Shown piece by piece: positions 47,066 to 56,229 of a stretch of DNA of 64,000 nucleotides. The notes beneath the pieces were generated by a model. It saw only the letters and a list, made by a program, of their open reading frames with translations. It did not search any database and was not told the DNA's origin. The stretch comes from Verrucomicrobiia bacterium (GTDB lineage Bacteria; Verrucomicrobiota; Verrucomicrobiia; Limisphaerales; JAKPVM01). The translations under genes and the position numbers were made by a program. The stretch is from assembly GCA_049968335.1 (NCBI GenBank), contig JBMFQZ010000008.1, positions 877-64,876 on the forward strand. Reading direction: 5' to 3'. Each line of letters opens with the position of its first letter. Positions within the stretch are counted from its first letter, which is position 1.

Positions 47066-47677
47066 ATGCGAGTGAATGAGTTGAACAGACACGCCGCTAT
47101 TGCGTGTTTAAACTTGAACAATGATTGCGGCTCATTGGTTAATTACAAGCAACGCAACCTACCCGGTGAAGCCGTCTATAAAGACACGGCTTTATTTGCC
47201 GCGCAAGGGAGTTATAATTACGGCGACGCTGCTAAAACACGAACTGGACTAGTTCCGCTTCGTGTATGCAGCGTTGCTCTTGGCGTGAGCGAAATTCAAG
47301 TAATGCAAATGATTGAAGAAGGCAGGTTGCGATGGGCGTTTGATTTGCGCAGAAAAACCGCAAGGCGCGCCTTTGTTCTGGTAATGGCTCAAAATCTGCT
47401 TGATATCCAGCAAGAGGGATCAAATCCGCCCCTCTGTCTTAATGATAAAAACGAATCTGATTGGAATAAAGCCCTCCAACTGATTCTGCCGCATCAAAAA
47501 CCGCTCATAAAAGGAAGCGAGATCGTCCGCGCCTTTTCAATCTCGTCTCAACATATGATGAATCTTGTCAATGACGGCGCACTTGTCGCTCTGAACGCGC
47601 GCAGAGGGAGAACTGCAACGCCGGTTATAACGCGCGATTCAGTGATTAAATTATTGAAAGAAAGGCGAATTGTTTAA
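47066..47677 (+). CDS. Hypothetical DNA-binding protein with two excisionase/MerR-superfamily (HTH_17-like) modules
   Basis: AGGAGG lies 9 nt upstream of ATG 47066. The two modules are LRVCSVALGVSEIQVMQMIEEGRLRWAFDLRR and IKGSEIVRAFSISSQHMMNLVNDGALVALNARRG...ITRDSVIKLLKERR. The domain call is by pattern only. Confidence 0.45.
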   Translation: MRVNELNRHAAIACLNLNNDCGSLVNYKQRNLPGEAVYKDTALFAAQGSYNYGDAAKTRTGLVPLRVCSVALGVSEIQVMQMIEEGRLRWAFDLRRKTARRAFVLVMAQNLLDIQQEGSNPPLCLNDKNESDWNKALQLILPHQKPLIKGSEIVRAFSISSQHMMNLVNDGALVALNARRGRTATPVITRDSVIKLLKERRIV

Positions 47678-47844
47678 TAGAGTTAATAAAAATTTTTGGC
47701 TTGGAATTCCGGGTTGCGCCGCAAGCGGAAAGAGTCCACTCTTTTAAGGCCGCTGCTATTATAACATAGCGGCAAAGTGTATTAGTTTAAACAGACTGAA
47801 TTTGCGGACGGGAATTAAAATTATGTCAAAATTGCAAATTAATA

Positions 47845-48837
47845 ATGTTTGAACAATGTGAAATTGGGGGCAAGCGGTTTGCCCCTGCGCGATTTGTTGC
47901 CCCGATGGCGGGATACACGCACTCGGCTTTTCGCCGACTTGTGGCTGAACTTGGCGGCTGCGGCGCGCTCTGGACAGAGATGCTTTCCGCGCGCCAGATA
48001 ATTAATGAAGATTTTTCAAAATCAGCTTGGGTAAAACGGCGGGAGGTTGAAAAATTTGTAGTCTATCAGTTGATGGTAAGGGAAAACGACCCGATGGATA
48101 GGGTTGTTTCAACACTGCTCTCACAGGGCGCCGACGCCATAGATTTGAATCTTGCCTGCGACGCCCCGCAGATTCGTTCGCTTCAGGCTGGAAGCGCCCT
48201 CTTTACTGATATTGCGACTATGCGCAAAATTATTGAACAAACCCGTAAACATTGGAAGGGGATGCTGACGGTTAAAATACGACTTGGAGATAGACACCCG
48301 CAATGGCAACAGAGATTGGAGGAGCGGATAAAACTTATTCAGGATTGCGGCGTTGACGCTGTGATAGTTCATCCAAGATTTTTTGAAGATAAATTCAAAC
48401 GTTCAGCAAGGTATGACACATTTGATTTTATCGCATCTATAACCAATTTGCCAATCATTGCGAGCGGAGATATTGTCGGACGGGAAACTGTTGAAAAAAA
48501 CGCCCAGAAACTCAAGCCAGTCAGCGCTATTATGCTCGGTAGAATTGCAATCATCAAACCGTGGGTCTTTGCGCAGTGGGACAAAGATTTTACTCCGGAT
48601 TACCGTGGCATCTGGCAAAAAATGTTTGATTATATCAAGGAAGACTTTGAACCCGTAGTCGCGTTGAGCAGAATAAAAATGTTTACAAAATATTATTCGG
48701 CTAATTTTTTGTTCGGAAACATTTTTAGAAATAAAATAAACAACGGAAAAAATCTTGATGAAGCGCAGAAAGCCGCAGATGAATTCTTTGATAAGGACCC
48801 AGCGATAGTTAAAAATCCAGTAGTTGAGAACTTGTGA
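47845..48837 (+). CDS. tRNA-dihydrouridine synthase (Dus family)
   Basis: FVAPMAGYTHSAFRRLV...AIDLNLACDAP...VKIRLG...VIVHPR. TIM-barrel flavoenzyme pattern. Confidence 0.85.
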   Translation: MFEQCEIGGKRFAPARFVAPMAGYTHSAFRRLVAELGGCGALWTEMLSARQIINEDFSKSAWVKRREVEKFVVYQLMVRENDPMDRVVSTLLSQGADAIDLNLACDAPQIRSLQAGSALFTDIATMRKIIEQTRKHWKGMLTVKIRLGDRHPQWQQRLEERIKLIQDCGVDAVIVHPRFFEDKFKRSARYDTFDFIASITNLPIIASGDIVGRETVEKNAQKLKPVSAIMLGRIAIIKPWVFAQWDKDFTPDYRGIWQKMFDYIKEDFEPVVALSRIKMFTKYYSANFLFGNIFRNKINNGKNLDEAQKAADEFFDKDPAIVKNPVVENL

Positions 48838-48860
48838 ATCTCCTTTAGCTGATGCATTTA

Positions 48861-48915
48861 GCGTCGTTTTCAAAATGAATTGAGGGATATGCCTCCATTA
48901 TAAAAACCGACGCTT
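48861..48915. terminator. Possible bidirectional terminator between convergent genes
   Basis: AGCGTCG-TTTT ... AAAAACCGACGCT long-range stem with an inner GAGG-gatatgc-CTCC hairpin. Confidence 0.3.
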
Positions 48916-48930
48916 ATGTTTGAAGCTTGA

Positions 48931-49398
48931 TTAACGCTCTTCTAACAACTTGATTATTACGAACCAGGCTGTCTCGTTTTTATCGTCGCCGGCGATTGTA
49001 ATCATTTCATCTTTTGTGAGCGATTTAATGGTTCTATTTATCAATTTGCCTTCGCCGTAGAGTTTTACTTCAACCCGCGGTCCTTCCATTTCGGTTATTT
49101 CAACGTCGCACTTATCGCTGACCTTGAATTTTTTGGTCGCCCGCGACGGCACTTCTGCCTCCTGTTTTTTGATTAAAAAATAATGTTTCCATTTAAAAAT
49201 CTTCTGCAATTTTTTGCCCAGTTCATCATTTACCCTGTGATACTTCGGGTCTGGCAATTTTTCTTCATTAGACCCCCAGACGAGGGAAATTTCTAATTTC
49301 AGGTTTGCCGCCTGCGCCGGAATTACCGGCGACATCAAGGCAAAAACTAATATTAAAACTTTTAAAACCAACCAGTATTTTAAAACCAGATTCTTCAT
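48931..49398 (-). CDS. Secreted hypothetical protein, third gene of the ECF sigma operon
   Basis: Signal peptide ...LVFALMSPVIPAQA. ATGA overlap with the anti-sigma stop at 49395-49398. No recognisable domain. Confidence 0.5.
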   Translation of the reverse strand: MKNLVLKYWLVLKVLILVFALMSPVIPAQAANLKLEISLVWGSNEEKLPDPKYHRVNDELGKKLQKIFKWKHYFLIKKQEAEVPSRATKKFKVSDKCDVEITEMEGPRVEVKLYGEGKLINRTIKSLTKDEMITIAGDDKNETAWFVIIKLLEER

Positions 49399-49940
49399 TG
49401 CATTAAAATCTCTTCTTCGCCGCTTAAAGGCTCAGTTTTTGTTGCGCCTTCCTGGTTCTTATTTTCCTTATTATAAATCCAGACTACAAACATTTTTTCA
49501 GATTGCGCTCTAAATGAATAAGACCCTACATCATCGGATGGGGTTTCAACTACGACAAGATAATCTTCCATTGGTTTGATTACATCTTTTAACAAGAAGA
49601 TACCGAGCACGGCGATTATCGTAGCGGTAACAGGCACCCAGTATTTGCGACCAAACGCTATTCCTATAATGTGTTTAAGGTAATCAAGCAGCGGTATCGG
49701 GTCTGGTTCAGACTGGTTGATCTGCTGGGCTATGCGGTTCCAGAACAGTTCTCGGGAAAGCGGCATTTTAATTTCAGGCTCGTTTTCGCGAATGGTTGTT
49801 GAGGCAAATTTGAGTTCCTCGAAAAGCCGTCGCGCTTCCGGGTCAGAGGCGATTAAGGATTCTACCTTATTTGCCTCTCTGCGGCTTAATTCGCCATCAA
49901 TATAAGCCTGAATTTTTAATTGTTGTTCTAATGTCATCAT
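49395..49940 (-). CDS. Anti-sigma factor, single-pass membrane protein
   Basis: N-terminal anti-sigma-like helix QAYIDGELSRREANKVESLIASDPEARRLFEEL, one TM (WVPVTATIIAVLGIFLL), and position directly after the ECF sigma gene. Confidence 0.7.
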   Translation of the reverse strand: MMTLEQQLKIQAYIDGELSRREANKVESLIASDPEARRLFEELKFASTTIRENEPEIKMPLSRELFWNRIAQQINQSEPDPIPLLDYLKHIIGIAFGRKYWVPVTATIIAVLGIFLLKDVIKPMEDYLVVVETPSDDVGSYSFRAQSEKMFVVWIYNKENKNQEGATKTEPLSGEEEILMQ

Positions 49941-49971
49941 ATTCCATCACCTATCTATCCTACCCGGTCTA

Positions 49972-50568
49972 TCACAACTCTTTCTTCAGACTTGCAAGCA
50001 AACGGGCAAGTCTTTTTCTTGCGTAAAACAGGCGGGACATCACAGTCCCGACCGAACATTTCATTAATTTTGCAATTTCCTTATATTCAAGCCCTTCAAA
50101 CTCGTGCAAGACTAAAACTGTTTTATGTTCATCCGACAGTTCATTCATTGCATCGTTAATCCGCGCCCTTAATTCTTCCCGTTCCAGCCCCTGCGTCGGG
50201 TTTACTGTCTCTATAGGCATTTGACGTTCAATCCCGCCGCTTTCTTCAATTTGTTCTTCAATAGATTCAATTTTTCTTCTTTTTTGTTTCCTTAAATGGT
50301 CCAGTCCGATATTAATCGCGATCCTTGTTACCCAGGTGGCAAAGGTAGAGTCGCCGTGAAACTGTTTCAACCTTCGCCAGATTTTTATCCAGGCGTCCTG
50401 GGAAAGGTCAATCGCTATGTCTTCATTTTTCACAATAGTTAATAACCGGGCATAAATTTTATCGCGGTGTCTTGATACGAGCTCCTCAAAGGCAGCCGTG
50501 TCTCCTTTCTTTGCCGCTTTGACAAGAACTTCATCGCTTAACTCGGAATATTTCTTATCCAATCCCAT
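49972..50568 (-). CDS. ECF-type RNA polymerase sigma-70 factor
   Basis: Region 2 AFEELVSRHRDKIYARLLTIV...DLSQDAWIKIWRRL. Region 4 VLVLHEFEGLEYKEIAKLMKCSVGTVMSRLFYARKRL. Confidence 0.9.
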   Translation of the reverse strand: MGLDKKYSELSDEVLVKAAKKGDTAAFEELVSRHRDKIYARLLTIVKNEDIAIDLSQDAWIKIWRRLKQFHGDSTFATWVTRIAINIGLDHLRKQKRRKIESIEEQIEESGGIERQMPIETVNPTQGLEREELRARINDAMNELSDEHKTVLVLHEFEGLEYKEIAKLMKCSVGTVMSRLFYARKRLARLLASLKKEL

Positions 50569-50703
50569 TAATTTGACGCCCGGTTATCACATATTATTCA
50601 TTATGGCTAACCATAGGTTTGCATTCTTAATATTATTATAAACCATTTAGACTTATAAGTTACTGATTGTCTTATTAATAGAAGCGTTCAGCCACTAAAC
50701 TGA

Positions 50704-51366
50704 CTATAATTTGCCTTTCGTGCTCGGTATTTTGCCCGAGATTCTCGGGTCAATCTGGCAGGCATTACCGACAGCCCTGCCAAATGCCTTAAACAGAGCC
50801 TCAACCACGTGGTGCGGTTCGCCTCCGTATAGTAATTCTAAATGGAGGTTGCATCTTGCTTGATTTGCAAATGCCTGAAAAAATTCTTTTGCTAGACCAA
50901 AGCGAAAAGCGCAGGCTACATCTTGAGTTTTTTCCTCTGCGGTTATCCGTTTGTATTCCAATTTATCCATCCCGCGCCAGACAAGATAGGGTCTGCCTGA
51001 AAAATCCACAACGCAACGGGCAAGCGTCTCGTCCATAGGGACATAACTTTCCGCAAAGAGCGGGTTTTTTGGGTCAAATCCTGTTCCATACCGGTTGATG
51101 CCCCGTTTTTCGCCAAGCGCCGCGCTGTAAGCCTCTCCTAAAACAAGTCCGCAATCTTCAACTGTGTGATGAAAATCCACTTCAATATCGCCTTTGCAAA
51201 CAAGTTGCAGGTCTATGACGGCATTTTTAGAAAACAATTCAAGCATATGGTTGAAAAACGGTATTCCCGTCTGTATTGAATAATTGCCTTTGCCGTCAAT
51301 ATTCAAAACAACGCTAATCTCTGTCTCTTTAGTCTTCCGTTTTACAGTTACTTTGCGCGACTTCAT
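50704..51366 (-). CDS. hisB: Imidazoleglycerol-phosphate dehydratase
   Basis: KRKTKETEISVVLNIDGKG...GIPFFNHMLELF...DFHHTVEDCGLVLG...GEPHHVVEALFKAFGRA. Confidence 0.95.
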   Translation of the reverse strand: MKSRKVTVKRKTKETEISVVLNIDGKGNYSIQTGIPFFNHMLELFSKNAVIDLQLVCKGDIEVDFHHTVEDCGLVLGEAYSAALGEKRGINRYGTGFDPKNPLFAESYVPMDETLARCVVDFSGRPYLVWRGMDKLEYKRITAEEKTQDVACAFRFGLAKEFFQAFANQARCNLHLELLYGGEPHHVVEALFKAFGRAVGNACQIDPRISGKIPSTKGKL

Positions 51367-51417
51367 TTTCTATCATTAAATAGAAACTATATAAAATATC
51401 AAATTAAAACCTGCGGT

Positions 51418-54345
51418 TTAACTCCGCGTTATTTGAAGTCCAGTATTTGATAATTGAAAAGAGACAAACCTTGCGCGGCTATTGGGCGGGTTTTGAGTGA
51501 GGATTTTGATTATATTTGACGCGGCTTGTTCATCTTTTGCAAGTATGAGCAAATAACCGCCGCCGCCTGCACCGAGAAGTTTTGTAGCGAGCAGATAATC
51601 TTCAATTTTGCTGATTATAGCCTGAACTTCTGGCGGATTTGTTCCTGAATCTAAACGTTGGTTTAAAATCCAGCTTCGTCCAATGCCTCTTGCCAGTTCG
51701 CCGTAGTCGCAACGTTCCAGCGCTTCTGCAACTACATCCACATTTTCTCCAATCTCTTCAACGCAACGCAAATGGTAGGGCGAGTTAAGGAATATTCCCC
51801 GAACGATCTCCTGCAAAATGCTTTTTGCAAGCCGGGTAATGCCGGTATAATAGAGCAGGATAGATTTGTTTGCGTAATTATGGCTGAACAGGGCATCCGG
51901 AAACCAGCGAAGAACCGGTTTTTGAACAAGTCCGGGCGTTGTTTCAATCAATTTTATTCCCCAGTAAATCGCGCCTGCTTGGTCTTGCCAGCCGCCGCCT
52001 GTTGTGAGCATCTGTTCAAGGGCGAGCGTTCTTGTAAAGAGCGCCTTTTTATCCCATTTTAATCCGCATAAGTCGCTTAAAGTTGCGAGCAATGTTGCCG
52101 CGAGTATGCTGCTTGTTCCTAAACCTGACCCCTTCGGGACAGCGGACATCATAGAGATTTCAATTCCCCAGCCGAAGTCATCTAATTGGGCTTTAAGTGA
52201 GGGATACTTGCCGCTTGAGTGGAATCTTGGCAAAAAACCGGCAAGGGCAAGGGCGGCTTTTGCAAGCGCAAACTCGCTTCCCGGTTGAGCGAAAGTATCA
52301 AGTTGCTGGTAGGTTTCTATGCGCTGTTCAACACCGAGGTCAATTGAGCGCACTACAAGTTCGCGACGGTTTGAAAGTTTTGCAAACACCTGAATTGGTG
52401 GCTGTCCGTTAAGGTCAACCGCGACGTTTAAAACGCGTCCGCCGTATTCAAGGCAGTATGGCGGGGTATCAGTCCAGCCGCCGGCTAGGTCAAGCCTTAC
52501 CGGGCTACGCGCCCAGACGATCTGGTCTTCCTGAGCGCAGGGACGCGGGTCAACAGCGGTAAGTTGGGCGTCCCGGACAATCATTTCGCGCAACTTTGCA
52601 AATGCGTTTTTCTCAAATAATTCCCAGCCCTCTTTTCTTCTATGACGCAAAACCGCCGAGCGAAACATCTGGTCGTGCACCTCTTGCAATGGCTCTAATC
52701 CGCTGCGGGAATCAAATGTTAATTCAGGCAATTCATATTCTGTTTCCGCAAAGATTTTTGCCGTAGATTCAAGGTCAAGTTTAAAAAAAACGCTATATCT
52801 ATAATTCTTCAGCATTGGCAACAAACAGAGTTTTCTTAAACCGTCGCGCTGTTTGTATAACCGTGAAACATTTACTTCTTTAAGAATATCGCGGGCGCTC
52901 AACCGCCTGCAATCAATCCAGAACTGTTTATAATCTGATTGCGGATTTGAAAGATAAAGCCACTCAATAAATTCCGGTTTAATTTCGTTATAAGAAATTA
53001 CCGGAAAAACTGGCGCGTCATATATGTCAGAATCGGGATCAATACCGGCTTGGACAAGGTTTATTTTGCGCGTTTCAAACCAGTCAACCGCCGGTTTATT
53101 GAGCAGAGTTGTCGCGCTCTCCTTTATTTTTCCTTTAAACCCGTCGTTGAATCCGTATGCGCGGATGCAATATTTATCATTATCAATCGGAACAAAATCA
53201 AGACAAACGCCGGGCTCCAAAATCAACTGCCAGTCATTTTCCGGTATCCCTGTAAAGACGTGGTTATATTTGAGTCGCCAGCTTGATGGTATGTGAGAAT
53301 TTTCAACCCACAAGCTATGGTTTTCTTCGAGCCGGAGCGGATATTCAAATTTTGCGTTTTGCAGATATTGGTCGGGATGTCTCTTTGCCCCCATCAAACC
53401 GAGTTTTGTCTCATCCAGTTCAAGATTTTGAATACTTGAAACAGACTCGATCATCTGGCTGGTTGAACCGAAGTGATAAAACTGGGCGTTTGAAAGCGGC
53501 ACAATTGCGCAGGTGAGTTCGGTTAATAACTTATTTGGTTTAACCGGTTTTATTCCTAAACCTGAGCCAAAATCGCCGTATAACTCATATTGATTTTCAG
53601 CCGTGTTTATTTTTCCATTCTCAAGCCAGCCGCTGTGGGTTAAAAGCGCCTTTACCGCCCGCTCGCTCAACAACCATACCCCTGTATCCACGAGATACAA
53701 ATATTCTATAGAAAGATCGCGGATTTTAGCAGCATTCGGTTTTTGCAATGTAAAGGCAAGTTTTTCTGGCTCTGTGCGCGGAGAGAAAAAGACGCCATAA
53801 TTTTTCGCCTGTTCAGGCGGCATTCTAACGCCAAGGCATACAACATCGGCTTCCGGCAAAGAGGGTATTCTGCCTTGAATTTGCAGCAGCACATCGCCGC
53901 TGGTTATCATCAAGCGGGTTGATTGCGGCGCGCGACGCAATATTCGTTCATATTCCTCTGTCTGCAGTTCAAGCAATGTTTGAGTTAACCGCTGTCCGCG
54001 AGACCACCTGAAAACCGGCACCGGCATCAGCGGTTTTCCAACAGCAGAATATGCCGGCAGCCGTCTGCTCAAACCGCCCCCGTGCACTACAAGTTTTTTC
54101 CCCACATTTAACCAATCAAAAAAATCAATATCGCCAGCAGTCTCTTTATAACAATTAACCAAGACCCTGCAGGTTGCTCCGCCAGAACCGATGTTTCTGC
54201 CGGGCGGGTCAGAAATCGCATACCAACCCGGACGCCTTTTCCCCTCCAGATTCTCAAACGCCCCTGCCATTGCATAAGGCAAAGTAAGCAAAATCCGGAT
54301 ACGTTCTCCTGTTGATAGTTGCGAATTCATCGCCGTAATTTTCAC
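51418..54345 (-). CDS. fkp: Bifunctional L-fucokinase / fucose-1-phosphate guanylyltransferase (FKP-like)
   Basis: 975 aa. N-terminal pyrophosphorylase-like region (VVHGGGLSRRLPAYSAVGKPLMPVP). C-terminal GHMP kinase (LDLAGGWTDTPPYCLEYGG; PKGSGLGTSSILAATL). The size and layout match my recollection of Bacteroides Fkp. Confidence 0.8.
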   Translation of the reverse strand: MKITAMNSQLSTGERIRILLTLPYAMAGAFENLEGKRRPGWYAISDPPGRNIGSGGATCRVLVNCYKETAGDIDFFDWLNVGKKLVVHGGGLSRRLPAYSAVGKPLMPVPVFRWSRGQRLTQTLLELQTEEYERILRRAPQSTRLMITSGDVLLQIQGRIPSLPEADVVCLGVRMPPEQAKNYGVFFSPRTEPEKLAFTLQKPNAAKIRDLSIEYLYLVDTGVWLLSERAVKALLTHSGWLENGKINTAENQYELYGDFGSGLGIKPVKPNKLLTELTCAIVPLSNAQFYHFGSTSQMIESVSSIQNLELDETKLGLMGAKRHPDQYLQNAKFEYPLRLEENHSLWVENSHIPSSWRLKYNHVFTGIPENDWQLILEPGVCLDFVPIDNDKYCIRAYGFNDGFKGKIKESATTLLNKPAVDWFETRKINLVQAGIDPDSDIYDAPVFPVISYNEIKPEFIEWLYLSNPQSDYKQFWIDCRRLSARDILKEVNVSRLYKQRDGLRKLCLLPMLKNYRYSVFFKLDLESTAKIFAETEYELPELTFDSRSGLEPLQEVHDQMFRSAVLRHRRKEGWELFEKNAFAKLREMIVRDAQLTAVDPRPCAQEDQIVWARSPVRLDLAGGWTDTPPYCLEYGGRVLNVAVDLNGQPPIQVFAKLSNRRELVVRSIDLGVEQRIETYQQLDTFAQPGSEFALAKAALALAGFLPRFHSSGKYPSLKAQLDDFGWGIEISMMSAVPKGSGLGTSSILAATLLATLSDLCGLKWDKKALFTRTLALEQMLTTGGGWQDQAGAIYWGIKLIETTPGLVQKPVLRWFPDALFSHNYANKSILLYYTGITRLAKSILQEIVRGIFLNSPYHLRCVEEIGENVDVVAEALERCDYGELARGIGRSWILNQRLDSGTNPPEVQAIISKIEDYLLATKLLGAGGGGYLLILAKDEQAASNIIKILTQNPPNSRARFVSFQLSNTGLQITRS

Positions 54346-54420
54346 AACAAAGCCAGCTCCTGTCCAGAAGATTTAATTATTGGACTTTACAAAACTGTTC
54401 AGTTTATTAATCATTCTGAT

Positions 54421-56010
54421 ATGAACAATTTCACGCATAATAACAACCCAGAAGACCATTGTCATATTCATTGCTGCTGCGGATGTGGGCATCCGCAAGA
54501 CAATCGGGAAGGTTTAAACCGACGAGAGTTTTTAACCACAACAGGAATTGTCCTTGGTGGACTTGCGCTTGCGTCCACTGCGGTCAGCGCCGCAACCGCT
54601 GAAACAACCGTTGTAAAACCGATTAGAAAACCGCTAAAAGTTCAACCGGTTCTCACATACGATACTCCGCAACGGCGCAATGCCACAAGTTGGCGAAACT
54701 GGGGCGGAATTCAAACCGAACAGCAGGCAGACGAAGAAGTTAAAAGAATTGCCGCTGAATTAGAAAAGTTGACAAAAGAGGTTGATTTCCCGCTGCAATT
54801 TAACCCTGTAATGAAAGTTAAAGATGTGAATCAGGCGGAGAAAATTTCAGACGCCGATTGCGATGTCGTTGTGATTTATGCCGCAGGGGCGTGGGTGAAT
54901 GCGCTGGAAAAATTAGCTTCGGCAAAACCGTGGAACTTAATGTTTTTGCGTCATAGGTCTGGTCCTGTTTATCTCTGGTATGAAATTGCGCACAACAGGT
55001 TTTTAAGAAAAACAGTTGACCAGTTCGGTCAGCCAAATTTCACCCCGATAGATATTGTGGTTGATGATTATAAAGAATTGGAGTGGCGGTTGCGCGCGTT
55101 TGCCGGGCTTAAAAATACGATTGGCAAGAGGATAGTCGCCGTCGGCGGCGCGGCAGGCTGGGGAGCAGGAGGGGCGAAGGCGCCCAAGATTGCGCAGGAA
55201 TTCTGGAAGATGGAGATTGTCAACGTTCCTTATCCTGACCTTGGCGAGCGAATAAAACGGGCGCGACAAAACAACGGTTTAGTTGATAATTGCAAAAAAC
55301 TTGCCGACTCTTATCTCAAAGAGAGAGGCGTCTCGCTGGCTACAAAGCGGGAATTTGTCTATAATGCGTTCGTCTTGACCGAAGTATTCAGGCACCTCCT
55401 TGCAGAGGCGCAAACCGATGCTATTACGATTAATCTTTGTATGGGCACGATAATGTCAATGTCCGAAACCACAGCCTGTTTGCCGCTGAGTCTTTTAAAC
55501 GATTCAGGATTGCTTGCGTTCTGCGAATCCGATTTTGTCGTAATCCCATCCGGCATATTGCTGCACTATATATCTGGTCTGCCGGTTTTTCTTAACGACC
55601 CGACATACCCGCACAACGGAATCGTAACGCTTGCGCATTGCACCGCTCCGAGAAAATTGGATGGAAAGCGGGCAGAACCGGTGAAAATCCTTACGCATTT
55701 TGAATCCGATTATGGCGCGGCGCCAAAGGTAGAAATGAAGATCGGTCAGACAATAACAAATTTGATTCCGGACTTTGACAACAAGGTCTGGAGCGGATTT
55801 TTGGGAACAATAGAGGCAAATCCGTTCCTTGACATTTGCAGGTCTCAAATTGATGTAAAAGTTCATGCCGATTGCGACAGGTTAAATCAGGAAACAAAAG
55901 GCTTCCACTGGATGACGGCTTACGGCAACTGGATGAGAGAATGCGAATATGCAGTGAAAAAAGCCGGCGTGGAATTCATCAATCTTTCCAAAGATGTAAA
56001 ACTTGCGTAG
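54421..56010 (+). CDS. Tat-signal protein with a Cys/His-rich N-terminus and a FucI/AraA-like sugar-isomerase-type body
   Basis: ATG 54421 gives MNNFTHNNNPEDHCHIHCCCGCGHPQDNREGLNRREFLTTTGIVLGGLALASTAVSAA, with a twin-arginine motif and h-region. The body has CESDF and a C-terminal KGFHWMTAYGNWMRE, reminiscent of the fucose/arabinose isomerase superfamily. That family call is low confidence. Confidence 0.55.
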   Translation: MNNFTHNNNPEDHCHIHCCCGCGHPQDNREGLNRREFLTTTGIVLGGLALASTAVSAATAETTVVKPIRKPLKVQPVLTYDTPQRRNATSWRNWGGIQTEQQADEEVKRIAAELEKLTKEVDFPLQFNPVMKVKDVNQAEKISDADCDVVVIYAAGAWVNALEKLASAKPWNLMFLRHRSGPVYLWYEIAHNRFLRKTVDQFGQPNFTPIDIVVDDYKELEWRLRAFAGLKNTIGKRIVAVGGAAGWGAGGAKAPKIAQEFWKMEIVNVPYPDLGERIKRARQNNGLVDNCKKLADSYLKERGVSLATKREFVYNAFVLTEVFRHLLAEAQTDAITINLCMGTIMSMSETTACLPLSLLNDSGLLAFCESDFVVIPSGILLHYISGLPVFLNDPTYPHNGIVTLAHCTAPRKLDGKRAEPVKILTHFESDYGAAPKVEMKIGQTITNLIPDFDNKVWSGFLGTIEANPFLDICRSQIDVKVHADCDRLNQETKGFHWMTAYGNWMRECEYAVKKAGVEFINLSKDVKLA

Positions 56011-56229
56011 GTTTACAGGCAGTAAATAAAGATATATCGGCTCAAATATGTTGTCAGAGAACAGATGTTCTTTGATAACTTATATTGGGGATAAGGTTGC
56101 AGAATTTGATGATGAGCAAAAAACAGATTGATTTACGCAGGCAATGTTGAGTCCAGACCGTGAAACGTTAAAACTTCAATTCCATCGCGGCAGGCATATA
56201 AGTTTGTTTTTTAGGAAAGGTAAAATGAG

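Noticed and set aside
47823-47852. A 9-codon uORF (MSKLQINNV*) overlapping the dus start codon, a possible leader peptide.
   Set aside because: It is very short, lacks an SD, and has no amino-acid bias suggestive of attenuation. In AT-rich sequence it is probably chance.
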